Source: Candidatus Heimdallarchaeota archaeon
GTDB taxonomy: Archaea > Asgardarchaeota > Heimdallarchaeia > Hodarchaeales > Hodarchaeaceae
Direction: 5' to 3'
DNA: 36,993 bases
Assembly (NCBI GenBank): GCA_048881705.1
Contig: JBHLSH010000035.1
Span: 1-36,993 of the forward strand
Part shown: positions 27,406 to 35,673 of the stretch, one piece after another
Numbering within the stretch: position 1 is the first letter of the stretch
How the letters are laid out: every line of letters starts with the position of its first letter
Notes under the pieces: generated by a model
Told to the model about the DNA's origin: nothing
What the model saw: only the letters and a program-made list of their open reading frames with translations
The model's database searches: none
Position numbers and translations under genes: made by a program

Positions 27406-28290
27406 CTAAGTTACAAGTTTGATTTCTCGGGTTACTTCGTTAAGGTCGCAAATTCTTAATTCATGAAGATAGCGTAGATGTTTTCTAGCAATTATGGGTG
27501 AAATGCCGAGTTCCGTGGCAAGGGTGTCAAGGGCTAGTGTTCTAACCTTTTTTCGCTCAAAATAATCAATGATATACAAAACGATTTTCCCTACCTCGCT
27601 TTCCTGAAGAATGGTTCGGAGATGGCGATTTCGCGCCAAATCGCCTTTGCCCGGATCCGCCTGCTCCAGTTGTCCAGCGCGAATTTCGGCCCTTCTAACT
27701 TCAGCTTGCATCTGACTTATTATTTCTCGATGTCCTGACTCTATCTCTCTTATCTCCCCCTCTGTCTGTTGAAGAAGATCTTGAAGCTTAGAGATTTGCA
27801 TAAGGTAGGTCTGCTGCTCCTCCTTGGCACCATGTATGGCCTTAATATACTCATTAAGCTGGACCAGTTGATTTTCAATGATCTGATTTTTATCGTTGAT
27901 GATTGTTTGAGCGGTCTTATACTCCTTCTGTAAAAGTTGAAGTTCCTGCTCTCTTTCGGCCAAGAGATTTTTGGTGGCTATTAAGTGGGCTTTTAATTCT
28001 GAGATTTGAGCCGAAAATTCTTGAATTTGGGAATCGATTGCGTCTTGTTTCAGTATCAGTTGCGCTTCTAATGTACCAATGGTTTCTTTTTGATTTTGGA
28101 CTTTCAGGGCTAGTTTAGAAGAATCATTGTCGATCTCTCTTACGATTCGCCTTTTTTTATCAGTGGATTCTTTGGTCGAAGCATTGGTATGTACAGGTTT
28201 AATTTCTTTCGAAACAAGCGGCTTTTCCTCGCTCCCTTCATCGCTAATAGACGCTCCTTCCGATGAAGTCGGATCTTCGCTATCTGCCAT
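27406..28290 (-). CDS. Long coiled-coil protein with C-terminal winged-helix-like domain
   Basis: Acidic low-complexity N-terminus, ~150 aa of heptad-rich Q/E/K/L/I helix, then IVLYIIDYF...LALDTLATELGISPIIARKHLRYLHELRICDL. ATG 28290 is preferred to TTG 28305. Confidence 0.8.
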   Translation of the reverse strand: MADSEDPTSSEGASISDEGSEEKPLVSKEIKPVHTNASTKESTDKKRRIVREIDNDSSKLALKVQNQKETIGTLEAQLILKQDAIDSQIQEFSAQISELKAHLIATKNLLAEREQELQLLQKEYKTAQTIINDKNQIIENQLVQLNEYIKAIHGAKEEQQTYLMQISKLQDLLQQTEGEIREIESGHREIISQMQAEVRRAEIRAGQLEQADPGKGDLARNRHLRTILQESEVGKIVLYIIDYFERKKVRTLALDTLATELGISPIIARKHLRYLHELRICDLNEVTREIKLVT

Positions 28291-28802
28291 AGTCCATAAA
28301 CCCAATGATCTTTTAATTTTACCTTAAATCATTTCCTCTACTATTCATTTAAAAAGTCAATTAATCAATCTTGAAGCAGAAATGTTTGACATGAAATCCA
28401 CATGATTATTCTCATTAAGAAATTACCAGTGGTAAAACGGGGAATTGCTTTTTGGGGAAATATAAAAGTAATATCTTCGCTATAGACTAAATGGCGTGTA
28501 TCTCAAGAGAAAACACACCTTACTTGGGTAGTTTCATCGGCTAACAATGGAAAAGCTAATTTCAAACATACTTTCTTACCTAGAAAGCCTGATAACGCCC
28601 ATAAAATCGCGAAAAACGGATTGAGGGGGGTAAGAATCCAACATTATACTTTGGTAAGGTTTAATCTTTAATACTAGTCCAATTGAGTGGCTCATGGTTT
28701 GTCGACCCCTCCAATAACCTAAAAGAATTCTAATTGTACGAGGCATTAAATATGCCACGTTATCATATTTCCGAGCAGTGAATATCAAACAGGTCGAGGA
28801 AA

Positions 28803-29957
28803 CTGAAGAACTGGAGTGCAATTGTATTAGCTGGTGGGGTTGGTTCCCGGCTACGTCCGTTGACAGAAAACATTCCCAAACCGCTCGTACCCGTTGCGAA
28901 TAAACCGATGATAGATTATAGTTTAGAGCTTCTTAGAAATCATGGAATCACAAAGAATATAATCATTGTAACGAAATTCATGGGAAATCAGATTAGAAAA
29001 TACCTTGACCAAGCCGAACAGTTCGATGACTTGGAATATATCATACCTAACGTGAATCCAGAGGGTACAGCTGATGCTGTACGGTTGGTTGCAGATTTAA
29101 TTGATACAAAGCGTTTCATAGTGTCCATGGCTGACATTATTACAAATGCTCCAATAACCGACTTTCAAAGGTTTCACGAGGAAAAAAACAGTATTGCCAG
29201 TATAACATTAAAAGATATTGCCTATCCTAGAGCTTTCGGAGTAATTATGCTGAATAAGGAATCTCAAATTCTCTTATTCTTGGAGAAGCCGCTCCCTCAG
29301 GAATTAAATTTTGTGACTTTAACGTTCGCCAAAAAACAAGCTATTCGTCTCCAATCAAATCTTGTAAATACGGGATTATACTGCTTTAATCGCGAAATAC
29401 TGGGTGTTCTCGATAGATTATCAGACCTTATGGATTTTGGAAAAGACATACTCCCGTACCTCGCCCGTGAATATGGAGTGTACGGGTATGAGAGGCGTGA
29501 TTACTACTGGATGGACGCTGGAAGTCCTCAAACTTACCTATATGCTAACTGGGATGTTCTCCGTAGATGGACGTTTCCTCATTTTCCAAAAGCAACAGCT
29601 GAAGATAATGGTTTGTGGTATGAAGGCCCCTTTCCTAGCTTTTCATCTTCTGTGCGACTTCAGTTTCCATTAGTTCTTGGAAGAGATTTAGAACTCGGGG
29701 ATAATACGATAATTGGGCCGCTCACAGCGATAAGTGATAGAGTAAGCGTTGGGAGGAATACGACCATCAGGGCATCGGTAATATGGCATGATGTCCAAAT
29801 TGGCAACAAAACAACCATAAACGAATCGATTGTGTGTAACGATGTCGTAATACCTGATGGCTCCCATTTGGCCCAAGGTACAGTAATTGCACCCGGCATC
29901 CATTTTACGGAACCTGTATCAACTCAAAAAGGGGAAATAATCAGGAAACCAAAATAA
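28803..29957 (+). CDS. NDP-sugar synthase / mannose-1-phosphate guanylyltransferase-like with C-terminal hexapeptide repeats
   Basis: The signature AIVLAGGVGSRLRPLT...PKPLVPVANKPMI lies in frame upstream of the track's TTG 28860. The frame is open from 28782, so the start is probably CTG 28803 or ATA 28782. Also EGTADAV, YWMDAGSP and left-handed beta-helix repeats. Confidence 0.9.
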   Translation: MKNWSAIVLAGGVGSRLRPLTENIPKPLVPVANKPMIDYSLELLRNHGITKNIIIVTKFMGNQIRKYLDQAEQFDDLEYIIPNVNPEGTADAVRLVADLIDTKRFIVSMADIITNAPITDFQRFHEEKNSIASITLKDIAYPRAFGVIMLNKESQILLFLEKPLPQELNFVTLTFAKKQAIRLQSNLVNTGLYCFNREILGVLDRLSDLMDFGKDILPYLAREYGVYGYERRDYYWMDAGSPQTYLYANWDVLRRWTFPHFPKATAEDNGLWYEGPFPSFSSSVRLQFPLVLGRDLELGDNTIIGPLTAISDRVSVGRNTTIRASVIWHDVQIGNKTTINESIVCNDVVIPDGSHLAQGTVIAPGIHFTEPVSTQKGEIIRKPK

Positions 29958-29983
29958 GTATATTGGTAACAAGATGATTGTTA

Positions 29984-31378
29984 ATGTCACCCGAGTCGTC
30001 TTATAAGCATCCAGATCGACCTTACTTTCGGTGGGGAAGGATTATGGGTTTTTCGAATAAGGGACTAACTGTTGAGGTGGCGTCGCTTCTGGGTGGCGCT
30101 ATGGGTAAGATTCTTGATCCAGATTCAATTGTCTTGATTGCGCGTGATTATCGACGAGATTCTCGGGCCCTAAAAAGAGCCTTTTCTGGGGGACTTATGG
30201 CAAGCGGAACCGAGGTTATTGATCTTCGAGCCACGCCGACCAGCGTCCTCCAATTTTCGATCCGACGATTTGGTGCTGATGCAGGAGTGATGTTTACTCG
30301 ATCGCACAACTTATCAGGTATGGTTTCTATTCGATTGTTCGATTATACTGGAATTGAATTCAATAGCCAAAAGACCGGGAAAATTATTAACCTGGCGGAG
30401 ACTCGGGATATTAAATGGGCAAATCCATCAAAGGTCGGCTGGTTAAGTGTAGCTGATGCAATGACTATTTATGGGAGGGCCGTGGCGGGGTTTTTCGTAG
30501 AAAACAAGGGGGATCTTGAATCGGCGCAATTAAAAGTCATTATAGACTGTGGTTGTGGTCCTGCTTCATATATCTTGCCCGATTTAATGAGCGAGTTTGG
30601 GTGTGAAGTTATAACCCTCAATGCTCATCGTCCACGAAATCCCTTATTCCTACCAAATCCTCAATCGCTTTTTCGTCTTAAAGAGACAGTTCGGGCAACA
30701 GGGGCCGATTTAGGGGTAGCTCTTGATGCAGAGGCAAGACATGCCGTTTTCGTGGATAGCAATGGAAACGCCCGCAATGCTGAAGAAACAGCTTTAATAA
30801 TACTAAATTCTAGATATAAATCAAATTCTCAAGCTACCGTGGTGATTGGAAATACGGTACATCCTTTAGCTTATCAGAAATTGCCAAATAAAAAGGTCTT
30901 TGTGGGACACGAAGAACCAGGGGAAGCAGCAAGGGCGGTGCTAGAACATCGCGCTATATACGGATTTAATGACACGGGTCTTAATATCCGGCCAGTTTTT
31001 TCCCCTGGTTCAGATGCTATTGTTACAATCTTGAGTATCATGTCAGAACTCGCACGGACTTCTCTAGGATCGACTCAACTGTTCGATAACTACCAGATTT
31101 CCTCACAAAGAAAGACTTCGATCCCTCTTCCTTTGAACAAAATGTTTTCTTTTTTCCGAACTGTCCTCAATAATCCTCCTGATGGATTTATGTGTGTCGA
31201 TACATTTCTGGGGATCAAACTGATAACTCCAAGCAAGGAATGGATCCATCTATCTTTGGGAGAGAGAAATGACATCCTTCAAATTGAGGTATATGATCCA
31301 AATGACAATATCAACAGAAAGAACGAGTTGGTAGACCTAGCTAGCACCCTCGTATCCAATCACAATCAGGATAAGTAA
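29984..31378 (+). CDS. Alpha-D-phosphohexomutase (PMM/PGM) family protein with degenerate metal-binding loop
   Basis: VLIARDYRRDSRALK, SGTEVIDL...PTSVLQFSIRR...ADAGVMFTRSHN, KVIIDCGCG, ADLGVALDAEARH (canonical DGDADR). Confidence 0.85.
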   Translation: MSPESSYKHPDRPYFRWGRIMGFSNKGLTVEVASLLGGAMGKILDPDSIVLIARDYRRDSRALKRAFSGGLMASGTEVIDLRATPTSVLQFSIRRFGADAGVMFTRSHNLSGMVSIRLFDYTGIEFNSQKTGKIINLAETRDIKWANPSKVGWLSVADAMTIYGRAVAGFFVENKGDLESAQLKVIIDCGCGPASYILPDLMSEFGCEVITLNAHRPRNPLFLPNPQSLFRLKETVRATGADLGVALDAEARHAVFVDSNGNARNAEETALIILNSRYKSNSQATVVIGNTVHPLAYQKLPNKKVFVGHEEPGEAARAVLEHRAIYGFNDTGLNIRPVFSPGSDAIVTILSIMSELARTSLGSTQLFDNYQISSQRKTSIPLPLNKMFSFFRTVLNNPPDGFMCVDTFLGIKLITPSKEWIHLSLGERNDILQIEVYDPNDNINRKNELVDLASTLVSNHNQDK

Positions 31379-31616
31379 AAACACCTGGAAGCCATGTTTG
31401 AGAAAGCTCATCCCCTGTATAAGATCATTGGACATCATTTTGGGCATTAAAACGCTCTTAGGAGTACATCCAATTCTTAATTGATATGCTTAAATAGGAG
31501 CCAATCATAACCTAATCTGATGACTGATCCTGATATAATATTCTTGGTAAGAATATTCCCAGGCACCTTTTTCCCGGTTGATCTAGAAATCTTCGCCTAA
31601 TTACGAGAGTTCAAAG

Positions 31617-32570
31617 GTGTATTTCTCCCCTGAAAGACGGATACCCGTTGTTATTGTAGGCCTAGAGGACGCAGGCAAAACGACTCTTTCTTTGCGGCTC
31701 CAAACGGGAGGTTTTAAGCATACCATGCCCACCGCGGGCCTAGATACAGAAATTCTTGAACTAGATGGAACGTTGTTTCAGCTTTTCGATCTCGGTGGAC
31801 ATGAAAGGTTTCGCCATTTATTGTGGAAGAAACACGTTCAATACTCGCAAGGGATCATCTATGTTATCGATTCAAGTGCTGAGGCATCCGAAAAGCTGGA
31901 TCCCTCGATTGAATGGTTATGGAAATGTCTGAAATGGAATTTGGAGGCACCTCTCCTAATCTTGGCCAATAAATCAGACCTAACTCACGTTCCACTTGAT
32001 TTAATTGTGTCCAAAATTCGGTTAAATCATCTACATGTTTTAAATCCCTCAAGATCATTTCAAATTTTCGAAATTTCATGTCTCACTGGCCATAATATTT
32101 CCCGTGCGGTTGAATGGTTTTTTCAAAAAATCGCTCAGATTGTCCCGAATCAACAGATTCGTATCACAGGTGTATATTTATACCTGCCGACCGGGGTTCC
32201 AATAGAAACTCTTAATTTCTCTAACCGAGAGAAAAGCGGTCTTGATATTGACATGGTTCCCGGTTTTTTAAATGCCTTGGAGACGTTCTTACAAGATGTA
32301 ATGGGAGATGAAAGGCTACATTCTATATCGACTGACCGCCACCAAATTTTGATGGTAAAACATGATTCCCTACTCTGTGCAATCGTTACTGATAAGGATT
32401 CGAGTCCTGCTGTCACAAGAATGGTTGCAGAATCTCTAATTAAACATATAGAAAACAGGTATGCGGAACAATTAGGTCGTTTTAAAAAAGAAGGAATATT
32501 CCAGTTCCCCAAAGGATTTATTCTGGATTATCTTAATCAAAACTTCGCAGAAAATATAAGGTACGGCTAA
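31617..32570 (+). CDS. Arf/Sar1-like small GTPase fused to a C-terminal longin-like domain
   Basis: G1 GLEDAGKTT, G2 PTAG, G3 FDLGGH, G4 LANKSD, G5 ISCL. From ~32151: GVYLYLPTGVPI...DMVPGFLNALETF...LCAIVTDK...LIKHIENRY. Confidence 0.88.
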   Translation: MYFSPERRIPVVIVGLEDAGKTTLSLRLQTGGFKHTMPTAGLDTEILELDGTLFQLFDLGGHERFRHLLWKKHVQYSQGIIYVIDSSAEASEKLDPSIEWLWKCLKWNLEAPLLILANKSDLTHVPLDLIVSKIRLNHLHVLNPSRSFQIFEISCLTGHNISRAVEWFFQKIAQIVPNQQIRITGVYLYLPTGVPIETLNFSNREKSGLDIDMVPGFLNALETFLQDVMGDERLHSISTDRHQILMVKHDSLLCAIVTDKDSSPAVTRMVAESLIKHIENRYAEQLGRFKKEGIFQFPKGFILDYLNQNFAENIRYG

Positions 32571-32625
32571 TTCACTAAGATAAATCTAGGAGATTAAAAA
32601 CCAGGAAAACAATGGAGAGGGGATT

Positions 32626-33438
32626 TTAGGACAAATTAGAATCTGAACCAAAATTCCATGAGTCTTTTTGGTATCTTTTTTTGCTGATCTCCAAGGCAAG
32701 ATCTAGTTCTGCTTCTTCGAGCTTCTGGATTCGGGATTCAGTACTTGTGGAGTTTTTTAATTGATTTATGATCAGATTTGCGAGTTTTTCAGGCGTGAAA
32801 CTGTATCTTAACTGTTCAGAGAGAGTTGTAACTTTTTGATATACCGATTCGACCATCGCCTCCTTGGTACGCCCAGGTCGGGCCTTAAGAACGGAGTACA
32901 TTATTTCTGGACGATAATCTATCAGGATTGTACCATGTTGAAGAATAATTTCACCAGATCGTGCCTGTGCATTTCCAGAGATTTTTTTTCCTTTGGTAAA
33001 TACAGAAGGACAGTGAATCTGGTCATAATCGAGGTCAAGTCCGATCCGTACCAAGGGTTCAAATACGAATCTTGCTAGCTCATAATATTGGCTTTCTACG
33101 TTTCTTGATTCTAGATTTCCAACCTTCGTGGTGATACTATAGGTAAGTTCTCCCATTTCATCATGAAAAACGGCACCACCACCAGAAATCCTGCGAACAA
33201 ATTCGAAACCATAAGCGTTTAATTGGTTAATATCAACTTCTCTTTCAACGGCTTGGTGTCTGCCTATTGAAACAGTACTGGGCCGCCACCCATAAAATCT
33301 AATGGTATCTTGACCTAATGTAGCATATTTCTGAAAGATTGCTTCATCTATTGCCATATTTTCTGCGGCGTTGTAAAACCCAAATTCGATAATTCTCCAC
33401 TTGATATCTCGTAATAGGTTTTTCATTTGAAATTTCAT
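32626..33438 (-). CDS. Lipoate-protein ligase / octanoyltransferase (LplA/LipM family)
   Basis: NMAIDEAI, RFYGWRPSTVSIGRHQ, VRRISGGGAVFHD..ELTYS, KKISGNAQAR...ILQHGTIL. Confidence 0.93.
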   Translation of the reverse strand: MKFQMKNLLRDIKWRIIEFGFYNAAENMAIDEAIFQKYATLGQDTIRFYGWRPSTVSIGRHQAVEREVDINQLNAYGFEFVRRISGGGAVFHDEMGELTYSITTKVGNLESRNVESQYYELARFVFEPLVRIGLDLDYDQIHCPSVFTKGKKISGNAQARSGEIILQHGTILIDYRPEIMYSVLKARPGRTKEAMVESVYQKVTTLSEQLRYSFTPEKLANLIINQLKNSTSTESRIQKLEEAELDLALEISKKRYQKDSWNFGSDSNLS

Positions 33439-34187
33439 TCGATCTCTAAGGGATTATCAGCATCTATAACGATGCCGCTCTCTGTAATCTCCATGGGGTG
33501 TATGCGTTGTGAGTGCCGCATGCCGCGCATTTTTACAATCTCTATCGTACGAGCTCGAGCTGAGTTTTTCAATATATATTGCAGATGTATAACGCCGTAA
33601 CTCAAAAAATCCTCGGTGCTAAAAAGGGGGTTGTATACATCCGTATGAGCTTCAACTGTGTTCTCATATACGGCTATAGTGGTACATTTTTCCTCCCAGA
33701 GAACCCCGATTACCCTATGGAGTTCTTTACGTATTTCAAAATGGTCCCGGAACAACAACGAGAATGTATTCAATGGGTCAATCACAAGACGATTTACCCC
33801 GAGCTCACGAACTTCATCAATAATCTTCTGAGTGACATAATCTAGACTTGCCTCCCGAAGACGGGAAGCCTGCTGCATAATTCCCATTTCTGTCGAAGTA
33901 AAATCCAAGACCGACAGTTCTCCTAGCTTTTGAAGACCAGCTAAGTCCCAGCCATAATTCATGAAAATTGCCTGTAATGCTGGGAGGGGTTCATTGAAGG
34001 TAACAAGCATACCAGGTATGTGGTATTTCAAAATGCCTTCTAAAAGCCATTGAAGGGCCAATGTTGTCTTACCAACCCCCGCGCCACCTCGCATAGCAAT
34101 AAACCAACCCGCAGGTATTCCTCCACCAAGAATCGTGTCAAGCGCTTCTATGCCTGTTTGACGGATATCGAGTTTAGGATTTGACAT
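33435..34187 (-). CDS. Single-domain KaiC/RAD55-like ATPase (COG0467)
   Basis: TGIEALDTILGGGIP, Walker A GGAGVGKTT, Walker B RLVIDP, RTIEIVKMRG; ATGA overlap with the lipoate ligase at 33435-33438. Confidence 0.92.
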   Translation of the reverse strand: MSNPKLDIRQTGIEALDTILGGGIPAGWFIAMRGGAGVGKTTLALQWLLEGILKYHIPGMLVTFNEPLPALQAIFMNYGWDLAGLQKLGELSVLDFTSTEMGIMQQASRLREASLDYVTQKIIDEVRELGVNRLVIDPLNTFSLLFRDHFEIRKELHRVIGVLWEEKCTTIAVYENTVEAHTDVYNPLFSTEDFLSYGVIHLQYILKNSARARTIEIVKMRGMRHSQRIHPMEITESGIVIDADNPLEIE

Positions 34188-34500
34188 AAGCCGGTCTCCT
34201 CATATGGTGTATCGTGATGCTATCATTGGCGCATCCTGGTAAAGAGTGACGTTAATTCCCTAAGTAATACTGGATATTTAATAATTTTTTCTCGGTTAGG
34301 AGAAATCAGAGAGAGTTAAAGGTTTCTATCCCCAAACAAATCATGGGAAGATCATACAATAACCTAAGATGGTAGGAAAATTACCTCATATAAATCTGGA
34401 TTAAATCCATGGTCTAAATTTGTTTGGCTATTATAATGCGATCTTTCCTTTTCTTAAGGACGAATAAGCTGAATTAGTGAGCATACTTGCTAGAATGGTT

Positions 34501-34707
34501 TTAATCTGCAACCAGAGCGTCAAATCGATCTTGGATCTTCGTCCCGCTTTTGCTATCTACTTGGTAAACCTTTATCTTAACCATTTTTCCTGTGAGATTT
34601 AGGAGTTCTACGTCCTTCTTTCGGATTTTCAAATGGTAACCATTGGCGCAACGACTTACCTTTGTTGTGAAAATAAGAATCGGCTCACTCTCATTCAAAT
34701 CAAACAC
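34501..34707 (-). CDS. Small AbrB/SpoVT-like (swapped-hairpin) DNA-binding protein
   Basis: TKVSRCANGYHLKIRKKDVELLNLTGKMVKIKV fits the AbrB-like pattern (KV...G....I.IPK......L.L.G..V.V). GTG start. Confidence 0.55.
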   Translation of the reverse strand: MFDLNESEPILIFTTKVSRCANGYHLKIRKKDVELLNLTGKMVKIKVYQVDSKSGTKIQDRFDALVAD

Positions 34708-34940
34708 TATCCGAGATTAATGAATTGGAGAAGTACCACGAAGTGAAAGCTGTTTATATCACTCTACACAAAACATTGACATATTCAATCTATAAATACA
34801 TTTTCTTTCGTCAATGATTATTGCGACGAAAAAGAGTTCACTAGAGGTCAATTTCTCAGTATTCTCGAAATTAAAGGCCATTGGACAGTCGTTATGGGCG
34901 GGGATGGTTACGTAATCTCGCAATAAGATTCTAATGAATA

Positions 34941-35483
34941 TTAAAGATCGCGTTGCGTTTGTAAACGCTGTTGAATGTGTTCAACGATTTTTCTTGCCAA
35001 TACACTGAATGCTGCCTCCACTCCAGTGCCATCGAGAGCTGATGTTTCAACATACACCGCTTTGTAACGCTCTGCTGCATCTGCACCATCGTATGGCAAA
35101 ACCTCTCTATCGGTTTTCAGGTCATACTTGTTTCCAAACAGCATCAGTGGTACCTCACCAGTTTTTTTCGTGAAATCCTTATACCACTTGTTTAATTCAT
35201 GAAAAGTAGAAACCCTAGTCAAATCAAATGTTAATATTCCTGCATGTGAATGAAGATAATATTGGGGCCGAATGGTGCGAAAAGAATCTTGACCACTTAT
35301 GTCCCACAATTGCATGGTCATCCTGTTCCCTTCACCTAAGTCTACTTTTTTGATTAAAAAGTTGGATCCAACTGTTGTTATGTAGTTATGGGAAAACGTC
35401 CGCTTGACATATCGACGTATAAGGGATGTCTTTCCTACTCCTCCCTCTCCTAGCATTACAACTTTACAGGTGTAATGAACCAT
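34941..35483 (-). CDS. Rab-like small GTPase
   Basis: KVVMLGEGGVGKTSLIRRY, YITTVG.NF, QLWDISGQDSF...RPQYY, GNKYDL, ETSAL. No C-terminal Cys prenylation motif. ATG 35483 is preferred to ATG 35552. Confidence 0.93.
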   Translation of the reverse strand: MVHYTCKVVMLGEGGVGKTSLIRRYVKRTFSHNYITTVGSNFLIKKVDLGEGNRMTMQLWDISGQDSFRTIRPQYYLHSHAGILTFDLTRVSTFHELNKWYKDFTKKTGEVPLMLFGNKYDLKTDREVLPYDGADAAERYKAVYVETSALDGTGVEAAFSVLARKIVEHIQQRLQTQRDL

Positions 35484-35673
35484 GTGGTGACACCGACCTT
35501 GCCCGTCTGCTGGTAAACACGTTTTTAAAGGGTGTATAGGCGTATTTATCATACGAAAGTAATATGAGATCTTTACATGTAGATGAAAACCGACCTACGA
35601 CCAGGACGCTACTCATTCTGTATTATTCTGCACAGGTTTAAAAAACCTAGAGTATTTCAATTGGAGGAAGCAG

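Noticed and set aside
28576-28821. 81-aa minus-strand ORF in the divergent intergenic region
   Set aside because: No recognisable features, and it overlaps the true 5' end of the NDP-sugar synthase.
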